Assembly: GCA_963727575.1 (NCBI GenBank) | Contig: CAVSIA010000038.1 | Coordinates: 83,551 to 147,550 of the forward strand | Direction of reading: 5' to 3' | DNA length: 64,000 bases | Source of the DNA: an uncultured Alphaproteobacteria bacterium | GTDB lineage: Bacteria > Pseudomonadota > Alphaproteobacteria > Rhizobiales > Rhodomicrobiaceae | Shown here: positions 1 through 10,517 of the stretch, in pieces | How positions within the stretch are numbered: position 1 is the first letter of the stretch | Layout: every line of letters begins with the position of its first letter | Made by a program: the position numbers and the translations under genes | Notes under the pieces: model-generated | The model's database searches: none | What the model was told of the DNA's origin: nothing | What the model saw: the letters and a program-made list of their open reading frames with translations, nothing else

Positions 1-1176
1 CCACGCCGCCGAGATTGATCAGCTCACCGCTCTTCAGCGGCTCGATGGCGATATAGAGGCCGTAGACACGGTCGATATAGGGCTGCAATGCGAGCAGCGC
101 GCCATAGAGCAGCGCAATGCCGGTGATGGCGCCGAGCACGATCAGCAGCGTCGCCTCGGCGACCAGCAGGCCGAGGATGGTCGCCGGCCGCGCGCCGACC
201 GAGCGCAGGATCGCCATCTCGCGCCGCCGCTCGTTCAGCGTGGTGAGGATCATCGTCACCATGCCGAGCAGCGCCGTCACCACGACCATCGCGGACACGG
301 CCGCGAGCGCGGTTTCGGCCGTGCCGACCAGCCCCCAAAGCTCCTGCAGCGTGGCGCCGGGCAGGATCGCCGAAAGCGGCTCGACGCGGTATTCGTTGAT
401 GGCGCGCTGCAGCCTGAACACCGCAAGCTTGGATTTGAGCCCGATCAGCGCCGCCGTGATCGCGGTCGGCGTGAGATCCATCTTGCGCACCTCGTCCGCC
501 GAGACGGTCTGGCCGGGAATGCGCGCGCCGCTCTGCCAGTCGACATGGATCGCCTCGATGGCCTCGCAGAGCTGACATGCACGGTGCGGTCGACCGGCGT
601 GCCGGTCTTGGCGAGGATGCCGGAGACGCGGAACGGCTTGTCGTCATGTTCGAGGAAGCCGGTCGAGCCCAGCCCGTGGGCGACGATGATCTTGTCGCCG
701 ATCTTGTAGCCGAGCTGGGCCGCGACATCCGCCCCGATCACGGCGTCGAACAGGTCGCTGAACGGCGCGCCCTCGGCAAATTCCAGCGTATGCGTCCGCC
801 GGTAATGGTAGCGCTTGAAATAATCCGGCGTGGTGCCCATCACCCGGAAGCCGTGATGGCTGTCGCCGAGCGAGATCGGCACGATCCAGTCGATATCCGG
901 CGCCTTGGCGATCTCCTGATAGGTCTTCCAGGTGACGTTGTTGGTGGCGTTGCCGATGCGGAACACCGAATAGAGCAGCAGATTGAGCGCGCCGCTCCGT
1001 GCGCCGACGATCAGGTCGGTGCCGGAGATGGTGTCGGCGAAGCTCTGGCGCGCGCCGGTGCGCACCTTCTCGACGCCGAGCAGCAGCATGACGCTGACGG
1101 CGATGGCGAGAATGGTCAGCATCGCCGTCAGCCAGCGATTGGCGAGCGACTGCCAGGCAAGGCGGAGAATGATCAT
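1..1176 (-). CDS. ABC transporter permease, FtsX/MacB-like (ZrgC-like); C-terminus runs to or beyond the window start; apparent frameshift near 582
   Basis: ORF 445..1176 translates to an FtsX-type N-terminal TM helix plus periplasmic domain. The same protein continues in another minus frame below position 582 (reverse of the spurious + ORF 117..575). Its ATG at 1176 overlaps the stop of the upstream ATPase (ATGA). Confidence 0.6.
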
Positions 1177-1923
1177 GGCGTCACCGCCCCGCGCTCGGTC
1201 CGCGCGATGCTCGTCAGCGGCGCGACGCGGCTGAAGCGCGGCGCCAGGCTTTCATCATGACTGACCATGATGAGCGTCGCGCCGGCCTCGGCCACCACGG
1301 CGAAGAGCAGATCGAGGAACGCCTGCTGCCGGTTGCGGTCGAGGCTGGAGGTCGGCTCGTCGGCAATGATGATCTGCGGTGCGCCGATCAGCGCCCTCGC
1401 GGCCGCGACGCGCTGCTGCTGGCCGACGCTGAGGCTGGCGGCGGATGCGCCCTCGATGAGCGATGGCTCTATGCCGAGGCTGGCGAGAAGCCGTCCCGCT
1501 TCGGCTTCGGCACTGCCTTTGGCGGTCGCGCGGGTCCGCCGCTCCGCCGAAAAGCTCAGAGGCAAGAGCACATTGTCGAGCACCGAGCCATAGGGCAGCA
1601 GATTGAACATCTGAAAGATGATGCCGAAATGCTCGCCCGCGGAAGCGGTCCCGCGCCGCGCCGCTTAACGCCCCGATGTCGGTGCCGAGGATGGTGATGC
1701 TGCCCGCCTGCGGCGTGACGATCCCGGCAAGCAGGCTGAGGAAGGTCGACTTGCCGCTCCCCGACGGCCCGATCAGCAGCAGGCGCTCGCCCTCCTGCAA
1801 GGTGAAATCATCGATGGCCAGCCGGAAACTGTCGCGGCTGGGCCAGGCGAAGCGAACCCCGGACATCGAAACGATGTCCGGAGCCGCGACCGGCGCAACG
1901 GCCTTGACCTGGTGCAGGGTCAT
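1173..1923 (-). CDS. ABC transporter ATP-binding protein (ZrgB/MacB-type ATPase); frameshift near 1610-1650
   Basis: ORF 1255..1923 has the Walker A motif (GPSGSGKST). ORF 1173..1610 in a different frame carries the Q-loop, ABC signature (LSVGQQQRV), Walker B (IIIADEPTSSLD) and H-loop. Together they make one normal ATPase broken by a single indel. Confidence 0.65.
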
Positions 1924-1932
1924 GACCGCCGC

Positions 1933-2520
1933 TCAGCCGATCTCGCCGAGTTTGAGCTTGGGCTGGGCACGGGTGACCACGTAATGGGTCTGGCCGGTCT
2001 CGGTCACCAGATTGATGTCCAGCTCCCGAGCACCGGCGAAGGCGTCGAAATATTTGAAGTCGATGCCAGTGAGTTTGCCAGGTGCCGCGCAGTCGATCGC
2101 ATAGGTGACGTGGAACTCGGAATGGTGATGCTCCCCGCCCTCGCCCGCGTGACCGTCATCCTTATGCTCGGCCTCGGCATGGTCATGTTCGCCTTCCGCC
2201 TGGATCGCGACATTCGCGTCGGCCAGCTTGCATCCCGCGCCTGCCGGGAGCTTGAAGAGCGCCAGCGCATCTCCGAGCGTGGCTTTGGCCTTCTCGACCG
2301 CGGCCTTCTGCTCAGGCGTGCTCGCCTCGTGCTCGAAACCGACGATGTCGGCGCCGGGCACTTCAAGCTCCATCGAGACGCGCTTGCCCTCGATGGCGAT
2401 GTTCAGCCGGCCATGGCCGTGCTCGTGTGGGCCGAGCTGGCGATGCTCTTCCGCTGCCAGCACAGGGGCGCTCGCCACGAGCGCTGCGGTGGCCGCTGCA
2501 ATGAAGTGAATTTTATGCAT
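1933..2520 (-). CDS. DUF2796 (ZrgA-like) periplasmic His-rich metal-binding protein
   Basis: Signal peptide MHKIHFIAAATAALVASAPVLA, then a His/Glu/Asp-rich acidic region (HEHGHG, EHDHAEAEHKDDGHAGEGGEHHH). Position directly upstream of the ABC ATPase/permease pair matches the zrgABC layout. Start taken at internal Met47 of ORF 1933..2658. Confidence 0.6.
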   Translation of the reverse strand: MHKIHFIAAATAALVASAPVLAAEEHRQLGPHEHGHGRLNIAIEGKRVSMELEVPGADIVGFEHEASTPEQKAAVEKAKATLGDALALFKLPAGAGCKLADANVAIQAEGEHDHAEAEHKDDGHAGEGGEHHHSEFHVTYAIDCAAPGKLTGIDFKYFDAFAGARELDINLVTETGQTHYVVTRAQPKLKLGEIG

Positions 2521-2682
2521 TGTGATATCTCGTCTTTGGAGAGCACACGCCGTTCGGTGTCTCCGTTCAACCCAGACCTGCCGCCAACTCATCCGATAAC
2601 GGATCGGTTCCGCAAGCCAGACCAAATTCTTCAAGGGAAACAGCGCCCAGGCGTTCAATGGACGAGCGTCAGCCCGGCGCTG

Positions 2683-3063
2683 TCAGGCTCCGGCGGAATG
2701 CGGCGGCGCGCGAGGGTTGAACGAGGCAGACGGAGCGAGCCCGGCGATGTGGCCCGCGGAGACGATCGGCTCGGACCGATCGATCGGCCCTGGAGGGCAA
2801 AGCTCCGCCGCGCCGGGCAGCAGCAGGCCGCCCGCGGCCGCCTGGGCCCAGCAGAGCGGACAGAAATCGTGGCCGTGGTGCGCCGGGACCGCCGGCCCAT
2901 TGTTGCCCGCCCCGGACGCGGGCGCGGCTCCCGGATCGTCGGATCCGCTGTGCAGCGCGGCAAGATGGACATGGCCGCTCGTCACGGCGAGCTGCGCCAC
3001 CATCATCAGCGCGGCGAAGCACATGACGTAAACGGATCTGATCCTGCCTTTGCGCATCCACAT
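2683..3063 (-). CDS. DUF2946-like small secreted/membrane protein (HHGH and CPLC motifs)
   Basis: 126-aa ORF with an N-terminal hydrophobic segment, a His cluster and a C-x-x-C pair. Family assignment is from memory of DUF2946 architecture and is uncertain. Confidence 0.35.
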   Translation of the reverse strand: MWMRKGRIRSVYVMCFAALMMVAQLAVTSGHVHLAALHSGSDDPGAAPASGAGNNGPAVPAHHGHDFCPLCWAQAAAGGLLLPGAAELCPPGPIDRSEPIVSAGHIAGLAPSASFNPRAPPHSAGA

Positions 3064-3315
3064 GCGGGTGTGCCATCGATATGAGGCGAGCTGCGAAACA
3101 GCCCATAGGCCGGCGACCTGCGTTAGCCTACCGCCGATCTTCTAGTTTGCGCTTCCAAAAGCGGGCAAAATCGAGGCGAAGCGGATGCATTCTTGTTCAC
3201 AATACGGACGAGTAGCGCGTACGCGCCTAGCTGTCAGGGGTTCCGGGGCTCTGCGAAGCCGGCCAATGCGTCAAGATGCGTCAGCAGCTTTGCCCGAAGC
3301 CAGGGCCGTGATCGC

Positions 3316-4200
3316 TCACTTGCGATCGAGCCCGAGCCGCTGGCGGGCCTCTTCCGCGCTGGCGAGCTCGCCGCCAAGGCTTTCCACGATCCAGCGTGCC
3401 TTTTCAACCAGCTCACCGTTGCCGCTGGTCAGCTTGCCCCTGGAAATGTGCACGGTATCTTCCATGCCGATGCGGACATTGCCGCCCAGAATCCAGGATT
3501 GCGCCAGCATCGGGAAGGCGGCGCGGCCGATGCCGAACGCGCCCCACTCCGTGCCTTCGGGCAACAGCGACCTCGCGAACAGCATCGACTCCGTGGTGGC
3601 GGAGAAGCCGTATTTCGCGCCGAGCACGATGCAGGCGAGCGCCGGCGTCTTGAGCGTGCCGTCGGCGATCAGATCGTGGGCGATGTGGATGTCGCCGGAA
3701 TCGAACAGCTCCAGCTCCGGCTTGGTGCCGCTTTCATAGATCGCCTCGGCCATGATGCGGATGTTGTCCGGCGTGTTGATCACCGCCTCGCGGCCGAAGG
3801 TCATGGTGTTGAGGTCCAGCGAGCAGACATCCGGCTTCAGCGCCACCACATGCGCAACGCGCTTCGAGGGGTGCAGGAAATTGGTCCGCGGTCCGGCGAC
3901 CGCGGGATCGTCATCGCCCGGTTGAAAACGGCCGCCCGGCCCCGTCGTCAGATTGACGATCACCGCGCTGTTTTTCGCCCGGATGCGCTCGACCGCCTCG
4001 CGGTAATGCTCCAGCTCCATGGACGGAACGCCCGTGCCGGGGTGGCGCACATGGATATGAACCATGGCCGCCCCGGCGTCCGCCGCTTCGAGCGCGGCGG
4101 CGGCGACCTGGTCGGGACCGAGCGGCAGATGGGGGTTCATGTCCGGGCGGGTCAGATTGCCTGTAACAGCGCAGGTGAGGATGGTCGTCTGTCTGCTCAT
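3316..4200 (-). CDS. 3-keto-5-aminohexanoate cleavage enzyme family protein (BKACE/DUF849)
   Basis: 294 aa. N-terminal VIITCAVTG-type motif, HIHVR and the conserved mid-region are typical of Kce-family TIM-barrel enzymes. Confidence 0.75.
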   Translation of the reverse strand: MSRQTTILTCAVTGNLTRPDMNPHLPLGPDQVAAAALEAADAGAAMVHIHVRHPGTGVPSMELEHYREAVERIRAKNSAVIVNLTTGPGGRFQPGDDDPAVAGPRTNFLHPSKRVAHVVALKPDVCSLDLNTMTFGREAVINTPDNIRIMAEAIYESGTKPELELFDSGDIHIAHDLIADGTLKTPALACIVLGAKYGFSATTESMLFARSLLPEGTEWGAFGIGRAAFPMLAQSWILGGNVRIGMEDTVHISRGKLTSGNGELVEKARWIVESLGGELASAEEARQRLGLDRK

Positions 4201-4286
4201 AGCCCAACTTGCTCCCTATACCAATTTAGCCGGCGCTTACCGCGCCGTTCGCGAGACCGGGACCTGAAATCCAGAAGCGTGGGTCG

Positions 4287-5405
4287 CTAAACCCGCGATT
4301 GTCGCGCGCCGCCGCCGGCGTCCTCGCCCGATTGTCTTGCCCGCTTCGCAGCCGATACCGGCCGCCAGATCTTCCGGCCGTCCACCTCGACGATGCCTTC
4401 CGCGGGAAGCCGCGCCGACCCGCGCACCACCAGATCGCCCTTGATCCGCTTCTGGCCGACATTCCGCTCGCCGCCCTCGATCTGCTTCATCAGCATTTCG
4501 ATTGCCGCCTCGACCATAATGCCGATCGGTTGCTCGACGGTGGTCAGGGCGTAGCTGTCCCACTGGCCGAGGCTGGCATTGTCGTAGCCGACGATGGAAA
4601 CGTCCTCCGGAATGCGCAGGCCGAACTCGTATCTCGCGACATCCATGACCGCGAGCCCCATGTGGTCGTTCGCGCAGAACACCGCATCCGGCGGGGCCTT
4701 TCGGGAGAACAGCCGCCGCGCCGCCTCCCGCGCGCCTTCATGGGAATAATAACCCTCGACCTTGATCATGTCATTGATGCCCGCCGCACGGAGCCGCTCG
4801 CGGCAGCCGGCTTCGCGGTCGCGGTTCGTGGAGCTGCCCGCGATCCCGGCGACATAGCCGAACGAGCGGTGCTTTCCGGCCAGCAGGAAATCGGCGACGC
4901 GGCGGCCGCCGAGCCGATTGTCGCTGGTGACGCTCGAAACCGCCGCACGGTCCGTGGTGCGGTTGAACAGCACGATCGGCACGCCGGCGGCCGCGCATTG
5001 CTCGGCCAGCTCGGAGGACAACGTGGTCGAGGCCAGCACCAGGCCGTCGACCTGGTATTGCAGGATCTGCATCATGCCCGGATCGGCTTCGCGTTCCTTG
5101 AACCCGGTGAACAGCAGCACCTGGTAGCCGAGCGTCTGCAAGCGGCTGGTCAGCGTTTCGAGGACCTCGGGATAGAAGTGATTGTCGAGATAGCCAATTG
5201 CCACGCCGATGATACGCGAGCGGCTCGTGATCAAGGACCGTGCGATCGCATTCGGCCGATAGCCCAGCTCCTTGGCCGCATTCAGCACCTTTTCCCGGGT
5301 GCGCGGGGACACGCTCGCGCCGGGGGTGAAGGTACGCGACACGGCGGATTGCGAGACGCCCGCGCGCCGGGCGACTTCGAGCGAGGTGACTCGGGCCTTC
5401 ATCAT
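4287..5405 (-). CDS. LacI-family transcriptional regulator
   Basis: N-terminal HTH (VTSLEVARRAGVSQSAVSR) followed by a periplasmic-binding-protein-like sugar-binding domain. Confidence 0.8.
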   Translation of the reverse strand: MMKARVTSLEVARRAGVSQSAVSRTFTPGASVSPRTREKVLNAAKELGYRPNAIARSLITSRSRIIGVAIGYLDNHFYPEVLETLTSRLQTLGYQVLLFTGFKEREADPGMMQILQYQVDGLVLASTTLSSELAEQCAAAGVPIVLFNRTTDRAAVSSVTSDNRLGGRRVADFLLAGKHRSFGYVAGIAGSSTNRDREAGCRERLRAAGINDMIKVEGYYSHEGAREAARRLFSRKAPPDAVFCANDHMGLAVMDVARYEFGLRIPEDVSIVGYDNASLGQWDSYALTTVEQPIGIMVEAAIEMLMKQIEGGERNVGQKRIKGDLVVRGSARLPAEGIVEVDGRKIWRPVSAAKRARQSGEDAGGGARQSRV

Positions 5406-5409
5406 CGGC

Positions 5410-6186
5410 TCATTCCGCCGTCCATCCTCCGTCGACCAGAAGGGCCGACCCGGTCATCAGCGCGGATGCATCTGAGGCGAGGAACACGACCGGCCCCATG
5501 ATGTCCTCGACCCGCCGGGACCGCCGGAGCTGAACCTTGGATTCGACCCAGCTCCTGAATGCCTCGTCGCCGAGAGCGCCGCGCGTGAGTTCGGTTTCGA
5601 TGAATGTCGGACAGATGCTGTTCACCCGGATGCCGTGGACGCCGAGCTCGATGGCCATCGCCTTGGTCAACCCCTCCACAGCGTGCTTCGATGCACAATA
5701 GACGGAGCGCTTCGGACCGCCGACATGGCCCATCTGCGAGGAAATGTGAATGATCGAGCCGCCCTTGTCCGCCGCGATCATCCCGCGCGCCACGGTCTGG
5801 GCAACGAAAAACGCGGCGCGGAAATTGAGGTCCATTACCGGATCGAACTGCTCCGGCTCGACGTCCACGAACGGGGCGTGGCGGGCGAGACCGGCATTGT
5901 TGACCAGGATGTCGAACGCCGCCATGCCTCCGATCACGTCGCGAACCTGATCGAGGTCGGTCACATCCAGGCGCACGGCTTCGGCGGAGCCGCCGCCCGC
6001 GGTGATCGCTCTAGCGGCCGCTTCGATCTGCGACGCGGTGCGCGCTGCCAGTACGACATGGGCGCCCGCCTGGGCAAGCGCTGCGGCTGAAGCGAACCCG
6101 ATGCCACGCCCCGCGCCGGTCACGAGCGCCCGGCGTCCGTCGAGGCGCATCGACGGCAACATCGGTAGTGCGGCGCCCTCAGCCAT
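5410..6186 (-). CDS. SDR-family oxidoreductase
   Basis: TGAGRGIG Rossmann motif, NNAG, and S...YxASK catalytic residues. Start chosen at internal Met (Met9 of ORF 5410..6210); Met17 or Met21 are also possible. Confidence 0.75.
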   Translation of the reverse strand: MAEGAALPMLPSMRLDGRRALVTGAGRGIGFASAAALAQAGAHVVLAARTASQIEAAARAITAGGGSAEAVRLDVTDLDQVRDVIGGMAAFDILVNNAGLARHAPFVDVEPEQFDPVMDLNFRAAFFVAQTVARGMIAADKGGSIIHISSQMGHVGGPKRSVYCASKHAVEGLTKAMAIELGVHGIRVNSICPTFIETELTRGALGDEAFRSWVESKVQLRRSRRVEDIMGPVVFLASDASALMTGSALLVDGGWTAE

Positions 6187-7561
6187 CGGCGATGCCTCCG
6201 GCAAATCCATTCGCCATCAGATCACGGACCATCGCCGTATTCACATCGCCCGACCGGAACCGCTCGCTGCGCAGGATATCGAGGTGCAGTTGCGCCGTCG
6301 TCTTCACGCCCTCGACGCGGGTCTCGCCCAGCGCCCGGATCATGCGGTCGATGGCCTCGTTACGGTCCGCGCCCCAGGTGATGATCTTGGCGATCAGCGA
6401 GTCGTAGAAGGGCGGGATCGTGTAGCCGGTTTCCAGATGACTGTCGATGCGCACGCCAGGCCCGCCGGCCGGCAGATAATCGGTGATGCGCCCGGGCGAC
6501 GGCATGAAGTCGCGCTCCGGGTCTTCGGCATTGATCCGGCACTCGATGGCGTGTCCGCGAATGCCGATATCGCTTTGCCGGAGCCCGCTCGACCTGCCCG
6601 TCCGCGATGCGGATCTGCTCTTTGACGAGATCGATACCGGTGATCATTTCCGTAACGGGGTGCTCGACCTGAATGCGCGTGTTCATCTCGATGAAATAGA
6701 ATTTCGCCTCGACGTTGTCGTACACGAATTCGACCGTCCCTGCACTAGTGTAGCCGACGCGCCGGCACAGATCGACGGCCGCCTCGCCAAGCGCCGCGCG
6801 CGTTGCTGCATCGATCGATGCAGCAAGGCGCTTCCTCGATCAGCTTCTGATTGCGCCGCTGCGAGGAGCAGTCGCGCTCGCCGAGATGAATAACGGTTTC
6901 GCCGTCGCCGAGCACCTGCACCTCCAGGTGGCGGATGTCGGTGAGATATTTCTCGATATAGACGGACGGGTCGCCGAAAGCGGCGCCTGGCCTCGCTCAT
7001 CGCCTCGCTCAATCCGCGGTCGAGCTGCGCCGGGTTCTCGATGACGCGCATGCCCCTGCCGCCGCCGCCGGCCGAGGCCTTGACCAGGATCGGAAAGCCG
7101 ATCGCCTCGACGATCCGGCGCGCCTCGTCCGGGTCCGCCACCTTCCCGTCCGAGCCGGGGATGGTCGGCACGCCGGCCTGCTTGGCGATCCTGCGCGCCT
7201 CGATCTTGTCGCCCATCTGGCGGATGATCCCGGCATGGGTCCGATGAAAATGACGTTCTGCTCGCGCGCAGAGCTCGGCGAAAATCGGCATTTTCGGCGA
7301 GAAACCCATAGCCGGGATGGATCGCGTCGACGCCAAGGCGACGGCCGCGCCGACGATGCGTTCCTTGCTGAGATAGCTGCCGGCGGCGCTGGCTCCGCCG
7401 ATGCAGATCGCCCGGTCGGCGCTGCGGGCGGGCAGCGAGCCGGCATCCGCCTCCGAATGGGCAAGGACGCTCTCGATGCCGAGCTCCCGGCAGGCCCGGA
7501 TGATGCGCAGCGCGATCTCGCCGCGATTGGCGACGAGAACCTTGCGGATCGGTCTGGTCAC
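6179..7561 (-). pseudogene. biotin carboxylase (AccC-like subunit of a biotin-dependent carboxylase), at least 3 frameshifts
   Basis: Three ORF fragments (6683..7561, 6360..6725, 6179..6505) together cover a full biotin carboxylase: MTRPIRKVLVANRGEIALRIIRAC..., ...[18 protein letters not shown]..., ...[43 protein letters not shown].... Retranslation shows single-nt indels joining them. Confidence 0.7.
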
Positions 7562-7562
7562 G

Positions 7563-8089
7563 TCAGCTCCCGCTCAGCTTGATGAACATCAGCGGCTGGC
7601 CGTGCTCGACCGGCTGGGCATCTTCGACCAGGATGCGCGTGACCATGCCGGTGACCTTGGCCTCGAGCGAGTTCATCAGCTTCATCACCTCGATGATGCA
7701 GAGCACGGTGTCCTCGCCGACCGCGTCGCCGACCTTGACGAAGGGCGGATCGCCCGGCTTCGGGCAGCGGTAGAAGGTGCCGACCATCGGCGCGGTGATG
7801 AGCGACTCGCCCTCGCCGGCTACCGTCGCGCCGGACGCCGCCGGTGCCGTCTCGGCTTTCGGCTTGGCCGCCGGGACCGCGGCCGGCGGCGCTGCGCGGC
7901 GCGGCGCGGCGATCGCGCTGCTCGCCGCGGGCAGCCGGCGCAAGCTGGCCATCGCCGCGCGACAGGGAAATTTCCACGTCGCCGTATTTCAGCGAAAACG
8001 CGGTGACGTATTCCGTTTCGCGGATCAGATCGATGATCGCCTTGATTTCTTCGAAGTGATTTCATTCCGACACGTCTTTCACTATTCAC
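7563..8089 (-). pseudogene. biotin carboxyl carrier protein, frameshifted
   Basis: Biotinyl domain with CIIEVMKLMN (the E-A/V-M-K-M biotinylation motif). The N-terminal part (EEIKAIIDLIRETEYVTAFSLKYGDVEISLSRGDG) lies in other frames. Confidence 0.6.
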
Positions 8090-9560
8090 TCACTGGACAG
8101 AGATGTTCAATTCTAGGTCGCCGCGTTTGATAAAGACGCTGCGGTGGCGTTCCTCGGCGACGATGGTCTTGATCATCTCCAGAAGCGACATCGAGCCGAG
8201 CGACCGCTTTGGCCCTGCGCGCTCTTCATCTCGTCGACCTGATTGCCCGCGAACATCACCCGCAGCAGCAATTCGTCGTCGCGAGCCGAGGGATATTTCC
8301 TGCGCAGCACGGGAACAGCGGCTCAAGCGGCTTCGGCTCGAGCGGGATGTCCTTGGCGCCGTTGGCAACGATGCGGTCATAGACGTTCGGATCGACCGGA
8401 CCGAGCAGCTTGCCGTAATAGCCGAGCACGTATTTCTTCACTTCGTTCGGCACGATCGCGTAGCGCTCGCCGTGGATGACGTTGAACACCGCCTGCGTGC
8501 CGACGAATTGCGAGAAGGCGTGATCATGATCGGCCAGGCCAGCTCCTCGCGGACGCGCGCGCATTCCTCCAGCAGCTCGTCGAATTTGTGCGCCGAGGCC
8601 GGCCACGCGCAACTGTTCGCGGAAATTGCTCAGCATGCCGCCGGGAATCTGATGCTGGTAATGGAAGTTGTCGTATTCGACCGGCACGCCGACCGGCTTG
8701 CTTCTCGCGCTCGGCGATCTCGGCGAAATGCTCGCTGATCTTGTCGATCAGTTCTCGTCTTTGATGTTGACCTCGAAGCCGAGCTGGCGAAGGTTGCGCG
8801 CCACGGTCTGCACCGCCGGCTGCGCCGCGCCGTTGGCGAGCGGCTTGATCGACAGATGCAGCTGGTCGCAGCCGAGCTTGGCGCCTTCCAGGTAGACCAG
8901 CGGCGCAAGTCCCGTCAGGCAATGGCTGTGGAGTTCGAGCGGCCGGTCCTTCACCACCTTGCGCAGCGCCGGCACCAGCGTGCGGATGCGGTCGACGGTC
9001 AACAGCCCGCCCGCATCCTTGATCATGATGCAGCTCACGTCGGCGCGGTCGATCAGCGCCTTGGCCGTCTTGACGTAATGCTCGTCGGTGTGCAGCGGGC
9101 TTTCGCAGAAAGACAGCGCGCCGAAGGTATAGGCGCCGAGCTGCCTTGGCCGTGCTTGAGCTGGTCGACGATGTTGTCGACGTCGTTGAGGCCGTCGAAC
9201 GCGCCGATAACGCGGAAGCCGTTGGCGTAGAGCCGTTCGACCCAGAGCTGGTTGATGTCGTCGGGCAGGAAGTCGAAGGCGGCGATGCTCTTGCTGCGGA
9301 TCAGCGAGCGGAAGCGCGTGTGCGGCGCCGCCTGATGCACGCGCCGCACGCGCTCCCACGGATCTTCCTGGAGGAAGCGCACGCAGACGTCGAACTGGAC
9401 CGTGCCCATCAGGTCGACGAATTCGAAGCCGATCTCGTCGATCGAGCGGCAGGATCGGCAGCATGTGCTCGGTGCGCATGCGCGTCGACCAGAGGCACTG
9501 GTGGGCGTCGCGGAGCGTCGTGTCGATGACGCGGATTTCTGTCTTTGCGGCTTCACTCAT
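8090..9560 (-). pseudogene. pyruvate-carboxyltransferase-type subunit (PycB/OadA-like, HMGL-like TIM barrel), multiply frameshifted
   Basis: Fragments spread over four frames. One holds MSEAAKTEIRVIDTTLRDAHQ, the carboxyltransferase signature. Others hold the mid (LGAYTFGALSF...IMIKDAGGLLTVDRIRTLVPALRK...ELHSHCLTGLA) and C-terminal (YDNFHYQHQIPGGMLSNFREQL ... RYAIVPNEVKKYVLGYYGKLLGPVDP) regions. Confidence 0.6.
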
Positions 9561-9603
9561 TCGGAGGTTCCAGGAGCTGTTACGGTCGCGGGGCGCAGCG
9601 TGT

Positions 9604-10515
9604 TCAATCGGTCTTTGCGGGCATGATCGGCGGCAGGTGCTCGACGCGGGCGATGTCTTCGAGCAGCAGCAGCATCGCCGTCCAGTCCTCGTTCTCCCGG
9701 TGCCACGGTTTGGCGAGGCTGAACGCCTCACGGGCGATGGCCCCGAGCATCATCGGCACCCCGGCATCGGCCGCCAGCGACAGGGCGTGCGAGACGTCTT
9801 TCTGCGCCATGCGCAGCGGAAAGTCGGGTTCCAGATCGCCCGCGAGCACCTTCTTGGGATAGTTGACCAGCAACTGCCCGCGCCCGGCGGTCGTATTGCT
9901 GAGCACTTCGACGGTGACGGCTCGGTCGAGGCCGACCTTGTTGGCGAGGGTCAGCGCCTCTGCGGTGAGCATCGTGCCGACCATCGACATGTAGTTGTTG
10001 ACCAGCTTCAGGCGGATGCCCATCCCAGCGGGCCCGGCGCGAACGGTCTTGTCGCCGATGCAATCGAAGAGCGGTGCCGCTTCTTGGATGTCGGCTTCGT
10101 CGCCCCCGGCAATGACCAGCGAAGTGCCTGCCGCAGCGTCGCGCGGTGTCCGGCCGAGTGGTGCGTCGACGAAGCGATCGCCGAGATCTCGCACGCGCCC
10201 GGCGATGGCGTCGCTGCCGCTCGCCGAGATGGTGCTCATATCGATGACGAGGCCGCCCTGGCCTAGTCCCCGGCAGGCACCGTCCTCGCCGAGCAGCGCG
10301 GCCTTGACATGGGACACGTCGGGCAGGATCGACATGACCACCTGCGCTCCAGCGGCCGCTTCGCGCGGGCTTGCCGCGACGATGCAGTCAAGGTCGCGGA
10401 ACGGTGCGACTGCTTTCTCGGAGATGTCGAAAACGCGGAGCTTGAACCCGCCGTTGATGAGATTGCGCGCAATGCCGCTGCCCATCACGCCCAGGCCGAT
10501 AAAAGCGACGTCCAT
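9604..10515 (-). CDS. NAD(P)-dependent beta-hydroxyacid dehydrogenase (3-hydroxyisobutyrate dehydrogenase / sulfolactaldehyde-reductase family)
   Basis: Starts MDVAFIGLGVMGSGIARNL (Rossmann motif); 303 aa from the internal Met. The ORF extends upstream through R/G-rich junk that overlaps the next gene. Confidence 0.75.
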   Translation of the reverse strand: MDVAFIGLGVMGSGIARNLINGGFKLRVFDISEKAVAPFRDLDCIVAASPREAAAGAQVVMSILPDVSHVKAALLGEDGACRGLGQGGLVIDMSTISASGSDAIAGRVRDLGDRFVDAPLGRTPRDAAAGTSLVIAGGDEADIQEAAPLFDCIGDKTVRAGPAGMGIRLKLVNNYMSMVGTMLTAEALTLANKVGLDRAVTVEVLSNTTAGRGQLLVNYPKKVLAGDLEPDFPLRMAQKDVSHALSLAADAGVPMMLGAIAREAFSLAKPWHRENEDWTAMLLLLEDIARVEHLPPIMPAKTD

Positions 10516-10517
10516 GA

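Noticed and set aside
3193-4290. 365-aa + strand ORF
   Set aside because: Antisense to the well-supported Kce-family gene. The translation is Arg/Ala/Gly-rich low-complexity sequence typical of spurious frames in high-GC DNA.
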